64,000 nt of DNA from a virus. This document shows, piece by piece, positions 8,327-17,943 of the stretch (positions are counted from its first letter, which is position 1; each line of letters opens with the position of its first letter). The position numbers were made by a program, and so were the translations under genes. The stretch covers positions 1,644 to 65,643 of IMG/VR virus record IMGVR_UViG_3300028833_000155. One strand, written 5' to 3'. Below the pieces are notes generated by a model. The model was not told the DNA's origin and did no database searches. It saw only the letters and a program-made list of their open reading frames with translations.

Positions 8327-9433
8327 ATGAAAGAACTTATTATGGAGCAAAAAGCCCAAAATTACAAAGTCTATACAGAGCTAATCAATAGGCTTGAAGA
8401 CGTAAAGGATGCTATAAAAAAGCAGAATTACAGGATTGCTATGGATATATTATGTAAGCCTTACCCATACTTCCAAGTTACAACACATTCCGAACTAAAA
8501 GAGAGTGAGAATAGTGATGATGAGAAGATAAGGAAATCAATTATTGAACATCTAGAATATCTTGGTAAGTATTGTAGTGAAAGTATGCCAGATGTTGATA
8601 AATGGATTGCTTGGCTTGAAAAGCAAGGTGAGCAGAAATTAATAGATAGCCTAACTCAACAAGAATCTATGGATATTGCCGTTGTAAAATGTTTTGATGA
8701 ACAGAAGCCTGTAGATAAAATTAAGCCAAAGTTCAAGGCTGGTGATTGGATTGTACAAGAAAATACTGTAGTCTATAAAGTTATCAAAGTATGCAAATCT
8801 TGGTATGAAATTGTTGACAATAAAGATAAACGTTATTCAATCGGCTTTTATAAAGAATATATGTTTCACCCTTGGACTATCCAAGATGCAAATAATGGTG
8901 ATGCGCTTAGTGATGGAACTACTATTTTTATATTCAAAGACTTACTATCAGATGGTTCAGTGATGTCATATTGTGACTATGACGCAAATAGTGGTGAAAG
9001 CGATGCTTTCTGTCCTTTACCTATGAATTTGACGTGTTCAAAAATTACTCCAGCCACCAAAGAACAGCGTGATACTCTGATGAAAGCAATGGCTGATGCA
9101 GGATATACATTTGATTTTGAAAAAAAAGAGTTGAAAAAGATTGAGCAAAAATCTGCTAAGTGGAATGAAGATGATGAGAGGACGCTTAATAGTATAATTT
9201 GGCATCTTAGATACTCTGTCAATAACGGAGGTATAGAACATTCGGCAGACCAATTAGAATATTGGCTCAAATCCTTCAAAGACAGATACACTTTGAAGCC
9301 GAGTGAAGAGCAGATTAAAGTTTGCAAGGAAGTATATGCCGACATATTATCCGCAAAAGGCTTTGACCTTGGTACTATTAATAGCGAACTGAATAGGCTG
9401 GAAGAAGAATTAAAGAAACTAAGGGATGAATAA
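8327..9433 (+). CDS. Modular hypothetical phage protein
   Basis: 368-aa ORF with WLEKQGEQK, PKFKAGDWIV and PATKEQRDTL modules. Confidence 0.7.
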   Translation: MKELIMEQKAQNYKVYTELINRLEDVKDAIKKQNYRIAMDILCKPYPYFQVTTHSELKESENSDDEKIRKSIIEHLEYLGKYCSESMPDVDKWIAWLEKQGEQKLIDSLTQQESMDIAVVKCFDEQKPVDKIKPKFKAGDWIVQENTVVYKVIKVCKSWYEIVDNKDKRYSIGFYKEYMFHPWTIQDANNGDALSDGTTIFIFKDLLSDGSVMSYCDYDANSGESDAFCPLPMNLTCSKITPATKEQRDTLMKAMADAGYTFDFEKKELKKIEQKSAKWNEDDERTLNSIIWHLRYSVNNGGIEHSADQLEYWLKSFKDRYTLKPSEEQIKVCKEVYADILSAKGFDLGTINSELNRLEEELKKLRDE

Positions 9434-9608
9434 GTTATGAAAATGGAGTATTATTTAGCAACAGTTGATTATGGATGGATGTATATAACTCCTTCCATAG
9501 AATATCGACACAAGTATTGGTATTATTGGGAGATTTCTCTATCATGGTGGAAATGGTCTGTTGTTATAGGCTTTTATCGAAAAGATTGGAATAAATACGA
9601 ATAAAGTT

Positions 9609-9848
9609 ATGAAAGCAAACAAAGCACCAGAAAAGATTTATGTCGATAATCCAAATCATGACTTTTGGTATCGTACTAAAGATGAAAACAGTATTGAATA
9701 CACCCGCACTGATGCCTTTATTGAAAAGGCTTGCATTGGTATTGACAAATTACTTAGTGGTTATATCATTCGAAATTTTAACTTTGGAGATTCTTATCAC
9801 ATTGATGAACTTATTGAGGACTTCAAAAACTATATGAAAGGAGAGTAG
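9609..9848 (+). CDS. Hypothetical protein
   Basis: APEKIY...IEYTRTD; ends KGE. Confidence 0.6.
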   Translation: MKANKAPEKIYVDNPNHDFWYRTKDENSIEYTRTDAFIEKACIGIDKLLSGYIIRNFNFGDSYHIDELIEDFKNYMKGE

Positions 9849-10304
9849 GGTATGACAGACAAAAATATTAGCATCTGGAAAGTTGAGGAGTTCCTTATTG
9901 ACAATCTCAAGGAAATTCCTATGGGAAATGGTTAAAGCAGAGTGTTCTCTACAAGAGTTTCTTGGTAGTCTTGAAAAATATGTTGAAGAAGAGTAATGTT
10001 ATGGATGAAAAGCAAAGTAAACTTTGTGAAAAATGTATGAGTGCTCCAATAAATTCAAAAGAACGAGCACAAATATTAATAGAGTGTAGAAGTCAAAGTT
10101 GTTGGTATAAAGGTTATTAGTTATGGCAAAGTACAGAATTGAACACAGATACCCATGTTATACCAACGGTGGTTGTATTCCTTACGATTGCTACTTCGTA
10201 CAGAAACTTAAAGAAGGTTTCTTTATCGACAAATGGGTTGACATCAAAGGATTTGGTGATAAGAAAAGAGCAGAAGAGTTATTAAAAATATTAAAAGGTT
10301 AGTT

Positions 10305-10637
10305 ATGGCACAATACATAGACAAAGCCGCTGTAGTGGCTGAGATAAAGAAACTACAACTCTGCACAATGGATGAACACATGAATTACTATTCGGCAGAG
10401 GCACAGGGAGAGTACAATGCTCTATCTAAATTAAAGTCTTTCCTTGACACCCTTGAAGTTAAAGAGGTAGACTTAGAAGATAGTATCAAAGAAAGTCTTG
10501 CTCAAAAGTATATTGATTATACATTCAAAAGATATAATATTGACATAGATTCAAAAGAAGGACAATTAATCTATTATGCTTATATGCACGGAATGAATCA
10601 ATGTCTAAATCAACTTAAAACACAGAAAGGAGAGTAG
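10305..10637 (+). CDS. Hypothetical protein
   Basis: YIDKAAVVAEI...LDTLEVKEVDLE; ends KGE. Confidence 0.6.
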   Translation: MAQYIDKAAVVAEIKKLQLCTMDEHMNYYSAEAQGEYNALSKLKSFLDTLEVKEVDLEDSIKESLAQKYIDYTFKRYNIDIDSKEGQLIYYAYMHGMNQCLNQLKTQKGE

Positions 10638-10639
10638 TT

Positions 10640-10969
10640 ATGACAATCAGACAAACATATTGTACAAAAGACCTCTGCCTCCTTCTTGAAAAGAAAGGCA
10701 TTGATGCTTCACACATTATGAGATTTGAAAAAGGTGGCTCTTGGTACAAAGCATATACCCTCGATGTAATATGTAAATGGCTAAGAGAGATACATAAGGT
10801 ATTTGTGGAAATCAATACGTCTATAGACCTAAATGGGAAATATCATTATAACTATACAATTCTTGACAGTGAATGTAAGTATGTAAGAAGAAGATATACA
10901 TACTTTGATTGGACTTATGAAGATGCCCAAGAAGCAGCCATAAGGTATTGTTTAGAGAATTTGGTATAG
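10640..10969 (+). CDS. Hypothetical protein
   Basis: LLEKKG...KWLREIH...TYEDA pattern. Confidence 0.6.
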   Translation: MTIRQTYCTKDLCLLLEKKGIDASHIMRFEKGGSWYKAYTLDVICKWLREIHKVFVEINTSIDLNGKYHYNYTILDSECKYVRRRYTYFDWTYEDAQEAAIRYCLENLV

Positions 10970-11077
10970 CAGACAGGTAAACCACTTCTCCTTAGGCAAA
11001 AGAAAAAAAAATAAGGAAAGCAAGTTATTAATCCTTAGTATCATCTTTAGCTGTGAAGGTATTATATTGAAAGATAG

Positions 11078-11085
11078 TACCTTTG
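11078..11085 (+). promoter_or_regulatory. Bacteroidetes -7 promoter element driving tRNA-Arg(CCU)
   Basis: TACCTTTG(C) ends 12 nt before the tRNA 5' end. Confidence 0.7.
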
Positions 11086-11096
11086 CAGTATAAAAA

Positions 11097-11169
11097 GCTC
11101 CCATAGCTCAATGGATAGTAGCCACAGTTTCCTAAACTGTAGATGAGTGTTCGATTCACTCTGGGAGTA
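11097..11169 (+). tRNA. tRNA-Arg(CCU)
   Basis: GCTCCCA/TGGGAGT acceptor, ACAGT/ACTGT anticodon stem, CCT at 11131-11133, GAGTG-TTCGATT-CACTC T arm; D stem slightly irregular; no CCA. Confidence 0.85.
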
Positions 11170-11300
11170 CAAGTGTATTAGTAGTTTGTTTTTATGTTAA
11201 TAGATTGTTTTTAGAGTGATGATAGAACAGAGGTTCTATTTACGTTGTTTTAGGTTTTTTGTATTAAAGAAACCATTCTCGTAGGTTTTTCAGTTTTTTT

Positions 11301-11338
11301 GCCTCCTATCGTCTGGGAAAGATGGTAGGAGGCCTTTT
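11301..11338 (+). terminator. Terminator
   Basis: GCCTCCTATCGTCT/AGATGGTAGGAGGC stem followed by CTTTT. Confidence 0.65.
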
Positions 11339-11555
11339 ACATCGATTATGCATAGACTAATAGATATATACAACAAACAAGACTACATGCTCAAGATATA
11401 TGAGTATGACAACAAGCTTAGAGGTAAGCTGTACCATAAAAAGAAAAGGCTATCAACTGCTGACTTCTATGGTAGGGAGGCTCAAGTGTATAGAGTAAAA
11501 GAGTATTTTGGGTTCTAGTCCAAAACAATATTAATCATTTAAATAACATCAAATT

Positions 11556-11867
11556 ATGACAGAAAGAATATCTAGAAAGTGGAGTGCTGAAGAAGATGAA
11601 GTATTATTGCGCTATGTAAGAAATTATCCTCACAACCTCCACAAGGGTTTTATGATGGTGTCAGAACATCTTACTGAAGCTGGTACACCAAGAACTCCCA
11701 CAGGAGTACAGGCACACTGGTATTCAGTACTCTCTAAGAAGCCTGAGGCTCTTTGCTTCTTTACAGCCTCTGCTAAGCATGTATCAAAAAACAGAAAAAA
11801 TGGCATGGGCGTTGAGTCAACTCCATCCATCTGGCGCAGATTACTTAATGTTATCCGTGGCTTATGA
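11556..11867 (+). CDS. Putative Myb/SANT-like HTH DNA-binding protein
   Basis: RKWSAEEDEVLLRYV...RTPTGVQAHW. Confidence 0.6.
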   Translation: MTERISRKWSAEEDEVLLRYVRNYPHNLHKGFMMVSEHLTEAGTPRTPTGVQAHWYSVLSKKPEALCFFTASAKHVSKNRKNGMGVESTPSIWRRLLNVIRGL

Positions 11868-12100
11868 TTTATATTAGCGACTTACAGCAACTTGCTAACA
11901 AATGGACTGAGAGGATGAACAATCCTGCTCAGTCTTTTGATTATAGAAATGCCATCTCAGAGTGTATCTATGAGCTTAATCAGCTTATTAACAAAACTCT
12001 TCTTGATGAAATGACAGAAGAGGACGCAAGGCAGTATATACTGGAAAATGAGGCTGATTCATATCTCTCAAGTGAAGAAAATTACTATGCAGCAGTTTAA
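11864..12100 (+). CDS. Hypothetical protein
   Basis: ATGA overlap. Confidence 0.6.
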   Translation: MIYISDLQQLANKWTERMNNPAQSFDYRNAISECIYELNQLINKTLLDEMTEEDARQYILENEADSYLSSEENYYAAV

Positions 12101-12130
12101 CATTAACTTACCACCAGAAGTCTGGTATTC

Positions 12131-12397
12131 TTGAGTATGAAATTATATCATGTAACAACTCCTAAAAAGGCAAAGAAATATAGACAGACAGGATGTATTC
12201 TTTCACCAGTTAGAGGATTTACTACTCTTATTGCTGCTATGGCATGGGCAATAAAAACAGGAAGATCTGTAATTTTTGAATTTGAAGCAGACATTCCTTA
12301 TAAACTCCCTGACCATCACAACCAGTGGGGAGATGCTTGGTGGAACGATGGAGATATAAGAAACTATAAGTGCGTATATTCACCAGAAAAAGTTTAA
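12131..12397 (+). CDS. Hypothetical protein, possible ADP-ribosyltransferase-like fold
   Basis: LYHVT...GFTT...A..WA...VIFEF pattern. Confidence 0.45.
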   Translation: MSMKLYHVTTPKKAKKYRQTGCILSPVRGFTTLIAAMAWAIKTGRSVIFEFEADIPYKLPDHHNQWGDAWWNDGDIRNYKCVYSPEKV

Positions 12398-12400
12398 ATT

Positions 12401-13612
12401 ATGACACGAGAGCAGATATACAAAGAATGTGTAGACAAGATAGCAAAGACCAACTGCCTGTTGATGGAACTCTCAACCGGCGTTGGAAAAACCAAGTTGT
12501 CCATAGACCTCACTAACTATTTGTTTGCATCTAATTGGTTTAAGCAGGGATACATTCCCTCTGTACTTATATTAATAGCTAAAAGAGTACATAGGCAAAC
12601 TTGGTTAGATGAAATACAAAAATGGGGAGGTCTTAACAGCAAGGCAGGCTATCCTAGTATCTGTTTGGAGTGCTATGAGTCTCTTCATAAACATTGTGGT
12701 GAACATTGGGATATAGTTATTCTTGATGAGGTGCATCATATTGGTTCTGAGATGAGAATGCAGCAACTGAAAACTGTCAAGTATGGCTATATGATTGGTC
12801 TCAGTGCCACCATACCTCAGAAACTCAAGCAGTGGTTCAAGTATAACTACCACTCTCAAATAGTCTCTTGCGATATTATTGAAGCTATTGATAGTGAAGT
12901 ATTGCCTGAACCTACCATCCTGCTCTTCCCCCTCCAGGTAGAAAATACAAGAATGTCTGAAACTATTGAGCTAAACTCAAAGGCCAAAGGTACCATAGCC
13001 TATGGAAGCTATAAGGACTATTGGAACTATAAGCGACAGAAAGTCCATGCTATCCTCAAATGTACACAACGCCAAAAGCTGATGGAGCTTGACAAGCTTA
13101 TTGAGTGGTACAAAAAGAAAGCCATGTCTGGCAATATGGCCATGAAACAGTCTTGGCTATACCTCTGTGGCAAGAGACTTGAATTCCTTGCTGACTGTAA
13201 GTTACAATGGGTAAAACTTATCCTCCATCATCTTGACAAGGAGCGTACTATCACCTTCTGTAAGACTATTGCCCAAACAGAGCAGCTTGGTAAGAATTGT
13301 ATCCATTCTCAGAACAAGGATGCTACTAAAGTGTATGACGACTTTAACAACAAGAAGATTGACCATATCACAGCAGTAAATATCCTCAATGAGAATGCCA
13401 ATCTTGTGGACTGTAAGTATGCTATCTTTGCCAATCTTTCATCTTCAGAAGTGGTTATTCCTCAGAGAATCGGAAGATCTATGCGCCACAAGCACCCAGT
13501 AATCATCTTCCCATACTACCAGGGTACAAGAGAACAGGAGATTCTTACCAAGATGCTTGAGGGATTCAATAAAGACTTTATTAAAACAATCCATTCAATT
13601 AGTGAGATATGA
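12401..13612 (+). CDS. Superfamily 2 DExH helicase
   Basis: STGVGKT, ILDEVHH, GLSAT, QRIGRSMR. Confidence 0.9.
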   Translation: MTREQIYKECVDKIAKTNCLLMELSTGVGKTKLSIDLTNYLFASNWFKQGYIPSVLILIAKRVHRQTWLDEIQKWGGLNSKAGYPSICLECYESLHKHCGEHWDIVILDEVHHIGSEMRMQQLKTVKYGYMIGLSATIPQKLKQWFKYNYHSQIVSCDIIEAIDSEVLPEPTILLFPLQVENTRMSETIELNSKAKGTIAYGSYKDYWNYKRQKVHAILKCTQRQKLMELDKLIEWYKKKAMSGNMAMKQSWLYLCGKRLEFLADCKLQWVKLILHHLDKERTITFCKTIAQTEQLGKNCIHSQNKDATKVYDDFNNKKIDHITAVNILNENANLVDCKYAIFANLSSSEVVIPQRIGRSMRHKHPVIIFPYYQGTREQEILTKMLEGFNKDFIKTIHSISEI

Positions 13613-13947
13613 GACGGAAGAAATACAAACCAGGAGATAGAATATTCTATAAATGCTATGACGGGACCATTAGTACTGATATAATTATTCGTGTAGAAGA
13701 GAGGGTTTATAAGAATGAAAAAGGCTATAATGTGCATTATCAATGGCTTGATATAGATAAATACTCTGGAATTGAGAATTATAACTGTTTACCTGATAAT
13801 AGTCCTGAAGTAAAGGAACTCAGGAAATTATATGCCGCATTTGATAAGGATAGACCTAAGATGATCCAACAAATTCTTGATATTCTTTCTCCTTATAATT
13901 TTGAAATGAAGAAATTATTACTAAAAGAGATTGAAACAAAGCTATAA
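13609..13947 (+). CDS. Hypothetical protein
   Basis: ATGA overlap with the helicase. Confidence 0.6.
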   Translation: MRRKKYKPGDRIFYKCYDGTISTDIIIRVEERVYKNEKGYNVHYQWLDIDKYSGIENYNCLPDNSPEVKELRKLYAAFDKDRPKMIQQILDILSPYNFEMKKLLLKEIETKL

Positions 13948-13949
13948 GT

Positions 13950-14150
13950 ATGGAATTTAAGAATGATAAAGTAGTTAATCTCACATCAAGAAAAGAGCCA
14001 AGTAATAGCAGTTTTGTACTAAAAGACTTGGCTCTTAAGTATTATGACACCTTGGAGCCAATAGTCAATGACTTGGCTTCCAAGTGTACTGGAGGAGAAG
14101 AATGCAAACTCTCCTTTGGTAGTGGAGCTGTGATTATTAAATTAAAGTAA
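13950..14150 (+). CDS. Hypothetical protein
   Basis: Tight packing. Confidence 0.5.
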   Translation: MEFKNDKVVNLTSRKEPSNSSFVLKDLALKYYDTLEPIVNDLASKCTGGEECKLSFGSGAVIIKLK

Positions 14151-14152
14151 AA

Positions 14153-14767
14153 ATGAAAATAACAATCGATGAAAAAGTATGCACCAAGCATAAAATGACA
14201 CCTGTAGAGGTTCTCTTTGCATTGGCTATCAGAGCATCTGAAAGTCTACAAGGAGAACTCCTTAACATGGAGAACCGAGAGATTCTTATCAGAGATAGGG
14301 ATGTCTATAAAATCACCCAGCACTGGTCTGATGTACTTGATGAGATTCTCTCTGATTCTTCAGGCAAGGTGGAAAAGTCTGATGAGGAACTTCTTGAACT
14401 TGCCAAACAGATGAGAGAACTCTATCCTCAGGGTAAGATGAAAGACAGGTATGGTCGCATGACACCATATTATTATAGGTGTAACAATTCTGAGGTAGTC
14501 AAGAAACTCAAGAAGTTCTTTACTATTTTTGGCAGTGTCTCTGATGAGGATGTTCTTGATGCTACCAAGAGATATGTGGCTTCCTTTCAAGGCAACTATA
14601 TTGGTATGAGGCTCATCAAATATTTCATCCTCAAAGATGATGTCAAGCCTTCTGAGGACGGCACAGGTCATGTTGAGCAGATTTCAGACCTTGCTACATT
14701 CCTTGAGAACAAGGAGAGTGAGGAGGAGGAAGTTAATAATGATGATTGGACAACCAAAGTAATTTAG
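14153..14767 (+). CDS. Putative replication-initiator-like protein
   Basis: ELYPQG...ATKRYV...MRLIKYFILK; lies upstream of DnaB; function inferred from position. Confidence 0.5.
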   Translation: MKITIDEKVCTKHKMTPVEVLFALAIRASESLQGELLNMENREILIRDRDVYKITQHWSDVLDEILSDSSGKVEKSDEELLELAKQMRELYPQGKMKDRYGRMTPYYYRCNNSEVVKKLKKFFTIFGSVSDEDVLDATKRYVASFQGNYIGMRLIKYFILKDDVKPSEDGTGHVEQISDLATFLENKESEEEEVNNDDWTTKVI

Positions 14768-14773
14768 AATATT

Positions 14774-15268
14774 ATGCTAAAAGTAAGTTTTAAAGATGGT
14801 TTCAAGAAGGTGGAAACTTTCAATGATAAAGTTACAGTAGTTACTCTGACTGGCGCATGTATCACTCCTTTCTGGTTTAACAATGTGCCTCGTAAGATTT
14901 GGGACTGGGCTATATGGCATCCTTCTGTTGAGATTAGTGAGACCTATAACAACCAGAACTTGGTGATGATTATAAAAGTCTCAGGTAAGTCTGTATGTGC
15001 AGATAATGATATTTTTGATACTAAGATGGGGGAGAGAATTGCAGAATCAAGGGCTAAGATTAGACTCTATAAATTCATGCATACTTTGTGTAAAAAGTTT
15101 ATGTATTGCTACTATGGTTATATATATGGAATACCAGAAGATAGGGGAACCTATAAAACTATTACTCTATCGGATTATCATGGAGGCCTTCAGGATGCTT
15201 GCAGAAAATATGCGGAGCTGTGGGTTAAAGAGTCAAGGCATCTTGGTATATTACTAAATGAAGAATGA
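14774..15268 (+). CDS. Hypothetical phage protein
   Basis: GKSVC..D.FD...GERIAESRA motif. Confidence 0.6.
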   Translation: MLKVSFKDGFKKVETFNDKVTVVTLTGACITPFWFNNVPRKIWDWAIWHPSVEISETYNNQNLVMIIKVSGKSVCADNDIFDTKMGERIAESRAKIRLYKFMHTLCKKFMYCYYGYIYGIPEDRGTYKTITLSDYHGGLQDACRKYAELWVKESRHLGILLNEE

Positions 15269-16416
15269 GTAGATTCCAAGAAGTTCAAGCGGAGAATCAA
15301 CTTAGGAGAGAAAGAGTATTAGAGGGGAAGTATAACTGTCTCCCATTTCCATTTCAGAGATTCAGAAAGATATATCCAGGTTTTGAACAGGGGAAGTATA
15401 TTTGTATTACTGCCAGCCAGAAGATCGGTAAGAGTAAACTTGCAGACTATTTATTTGTCTATGAGCCTCTTTTCTATTGTATGGAACACCCAGAACTGAA
15501 GGTTAAGGTACTGTATTTCTCATTAGAAATGTCTGCAAAGGAAAAATATAATGAGTTCTTATGTCACCTACTATTCAGACTGGATAACATCCATATAGAT
15601 ACCAGAAGGCTTAGAAGTGTTGACCGCCCATGTGACCCTCATATCTTTGAGTTACTGGAATCTGAAAGGTATCAGAGATATATCCAAGCCTTTGAGAACA
15701 TGGTCATCTTCAATGATACTGACAAGAACCCAACTGGTGTAAATAAAAAGTGTAGAGACTATGCCTTGGAGCATGGTCACATGAATTATACTACCATAAA
15801 GGTTCCAAATGAGTTTACTGGAGAATTGGAAGACAAGAAAGTCATAGATCCTATTAAACCTTATACTCAGGATGATGAAGATGAGTATAGAGTTATTATC
15901 TTGGATAATGCAGCCAATCTTACTGTAGAAAAAGGCTGTAAAGACCAAAGGGAAACTATTGAGAAAATGAGTAAGTATAATATTACTCTTCGCAAGCAAC
16001 TCAATTATATAGTAGTTCTAATTCAGCACCAAGCTCAGTCTCAGGAAGGTATTGAGAATATTAAACTGGACAGAATGAAACCTACGGCTGATGGCATGGG
16101 CGATTGTAAAACAGTAGTGCGCGACCTTAACTGTCTCATTGGTCTTTATAGTCCATATAAGTTTGGTAAGAAGGAGTATAGGAACTATAATATTTCAAAG
16201 TTAGAAGACTATTCCAGATTCCTTGAAGTTCTTGAGGACAGAGACTATGGAGCCAATGGTCATATATGTCCACTGTTCTTTGATGGTGCTACCAGTACTT
16301 TTAAAGAGCTTCCCTTATCCACCGACACAGCAACTCTTAACAGATATTATCAGCTTATCCAAAGGTGGGAGTCAGAAAATGATATTCCTCCTCTTGAACT
16401 GACTCACCCTAAGTAA
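15265..16416 (+). CDS. dnaB: DnaB-like replicative helicase
   Basis: ASQKIGKS Walker A, YFSLEMS, IILDN, LIQHQ, EDRDYG. Confidence 0.85.
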   Translation: MSRFQEVQAENQLRRERVLEGKYNCLPFPFQRFRKIYPGFEQGKYICITASQKIGKSKLADYLFVYEPLFYCMEHPELKVKVLYFSLEMSAKEKYNEFLCHLLFRLDNIHIDTRRLRSVDRPCDPHIFELLESERYQRYIQAFENMVIFNDTDKNPTGVNKKCRDYALEHGHMNYTTIKVPNEFTGELEDKKVIDPIKPYTQDDEDEYRVIILDNAANLTVEKGCKDQRETIEKMSKYNITLRKQLNYIVVLIQHQAQSQEGIENIKLDRMKPTADGMGDCKTVVRDLNCLIGLYSPYKFGKKEYRNYNISKLEDYSRFLEVLEDRDYGANGHICPLFFDGATSTFKELPLSTDTATLNRYYQLIQRWESENDIPPLELTHPK

Positions 16417-16474
16417 GTCTCTTTAATTTTTATATCGAGAATTTAAGCAAGATAATCTTCTCATTTAAGGAGAC

Positions 16475-16482
16475 TATCTTTG
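16475..16482 (+). promoter_or_regulatory. Bacteroidetes -7 promoter element
   Basis: TATCTTTG(C), intergenic, upstream of 16520. Confidence 0.6.
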
Positions 16483-16519
16483 CACAGTCAATAACAATTT
16501 AAAAGAGTAGAAGTAAAAA

Positions 16520-17362
16520 ATGAGTAACATTGTGTTGCCTACAGAACGTAGGAAAGCAACTGACTACAACCCAAGGTTGATGGTCTTGTTTGGTAAGCCA
16601 AAGTGTGGTAAGTCAACTCTTATGGCTTCATTAGATAACAATCTTATCATTGATCTTGAAGATGGTTATAGAGCACTTGATGTAATGTGTGTTCAGGCAA
16701 GAAGTGCCTCTGACATCTTTAACATTAAAACAGCAATTGAAAAGAAGAATAAGGAAAATGGAGATAAACCATTCTATCGCTTTATTACTATTGACAATGC
16801 TACTAGGTTGGAAGAAATGTCCGTAGAATATGCAAATCACCTTTATCGCCAGACCTCAATGGGTGCTGGATGGGGCTATAAAAAAGATAATATTGGTAAT
16901 ATACTCCTTGTAAATGGTAAGAAAGTTATTGACCCAAAAGCAGATGTGAGACAATTGCCAAAAGGTGCAGGTTGGGGATATATGAGAAAAGCCATAAAAG
17001 AAATGGTGGATATGTTTAAACCTCTTTGTGATACCCTTATTCTTGTGTGTCATGTCAAAGACAAGCAGATAGACAAGAAAGACGAGGAAACAACAGAAAT
17101 GGTTGTAGATTTAGCAGGTAAAGCAGGAGATATTATTTGTGGTGAGGCAGATGCAATTGGTTATATTTCTCGCCAAGATAACAAGACAATATTATCTTTC
17201 AAAGGAGGGGAGAATAACATCAAGGGTTCTCGCCCTCTTCATCTTAGGGAAAAAGTCTTTGTTGTTGCAGAATCTGATGAAGACTTTAACCTCAAGGTAG
17301 ACATGTCAGAGATATTCCCTGACCTTAAAGAAAACAAGGCTGCTAATACTTCAGCAGCCTAA
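16520..17362 (+). CDS. Sak4-like AAA_24 ATPase (single-strand annealing/recombination)
   Basis: GKPKCGKST, IIDLEDG, ITIDNAT, LVCHVK, ADAIGY. Confidence 0.8.
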   Translation: MSNIVLPTERRKATDYNPRLMVLFGKPKCGKSTLMASLDNNLIIDLEDGYRALDVMCVQARSASDIFNIKTAIEKKNKENGDKPFYRFITIDNATRLEEMSVEYANHLYRQTSMGAGWGYKKDNIGNILLVNGKKVIDPKADVRQLPKGAGWGYMRKAIKEMVDMFKPLCDTLILVCHVKDKQIDKKDEETTEMVVDLAGKAGDIICGEADAIGYISRQDNKTILSFKGGENNIKGSRPLHLREKVFVVAESDEDFNLKVDMSEIFPDLKENKAANTSAA

Positions 17363-17406
17363 AGATATAAACAACATTTATTAATTAATTTAAATTCAAA
17401 AACATT

Positions 17407-17904
17407 ATGAAAAAAGAAATCAGTTATTCACAGTTCCAGCAGGTAAAGAGTGCAGCCAAGATGATTGACCCTAACATGCGTAAGATTGAGACACTCAAGA
17501 AGAAGATTATGCCCCTTGTGGCTGAGATGAAGCAGTGTCAGGCCCTCAACGACTCTCTGGAGGCAGGTATTGTCAGTATTATTGGCTATCATGTCTCAGA
17601 CCTTGTCAAGAAGGTTATAGAGCCTACAGGTGCTATCGGTAAGGATGGCAAGCCCATCAAGGTTACTAAGTATCTTCCTACTGACATTGTATCCTATGAT
17701 GAGCAGCACAAGGTATATGTTATTGAGACCCCCTCTACTGATGAGATTAATGCTGAGGTAGATCATAAACTGATGGAGGAAAAGGAGGCTAACTTTCAGG
17801 CTGGATATGATGGAGTTGAAGATACAGCTACTGCAACAGAAGCTGAAGCTGAACAGGATACAAGTAATGAGACTTCTAACCAAATGCCTTGGGAGAACAA
17901 CTAA
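17407..17904 (+). CDS. Coiled-coil hypothetical protein with acidic tail
   Basis: Resembles 20008..20391; ends MPWENN. Confidence 0.7.
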   Translation: MKKEISYSQFQQVKSAAKMIDPNMRKIETLKKKIMPLVAEMKQCQALNDSLEAGIVSIIGYHVSDLVKKVIEPTGAIGKDGKPIKVTKYLPTDIVSYDEQHKVYVIETPSTDEINAEVDHKLMEEKEANFQAGYDGVEDTATATEAEAEQDTSNETSNQMPWENN

Positions 17905-17943
17905 TTGAATTTTATCACAATAAAAAACAACAAATAGACAGTT

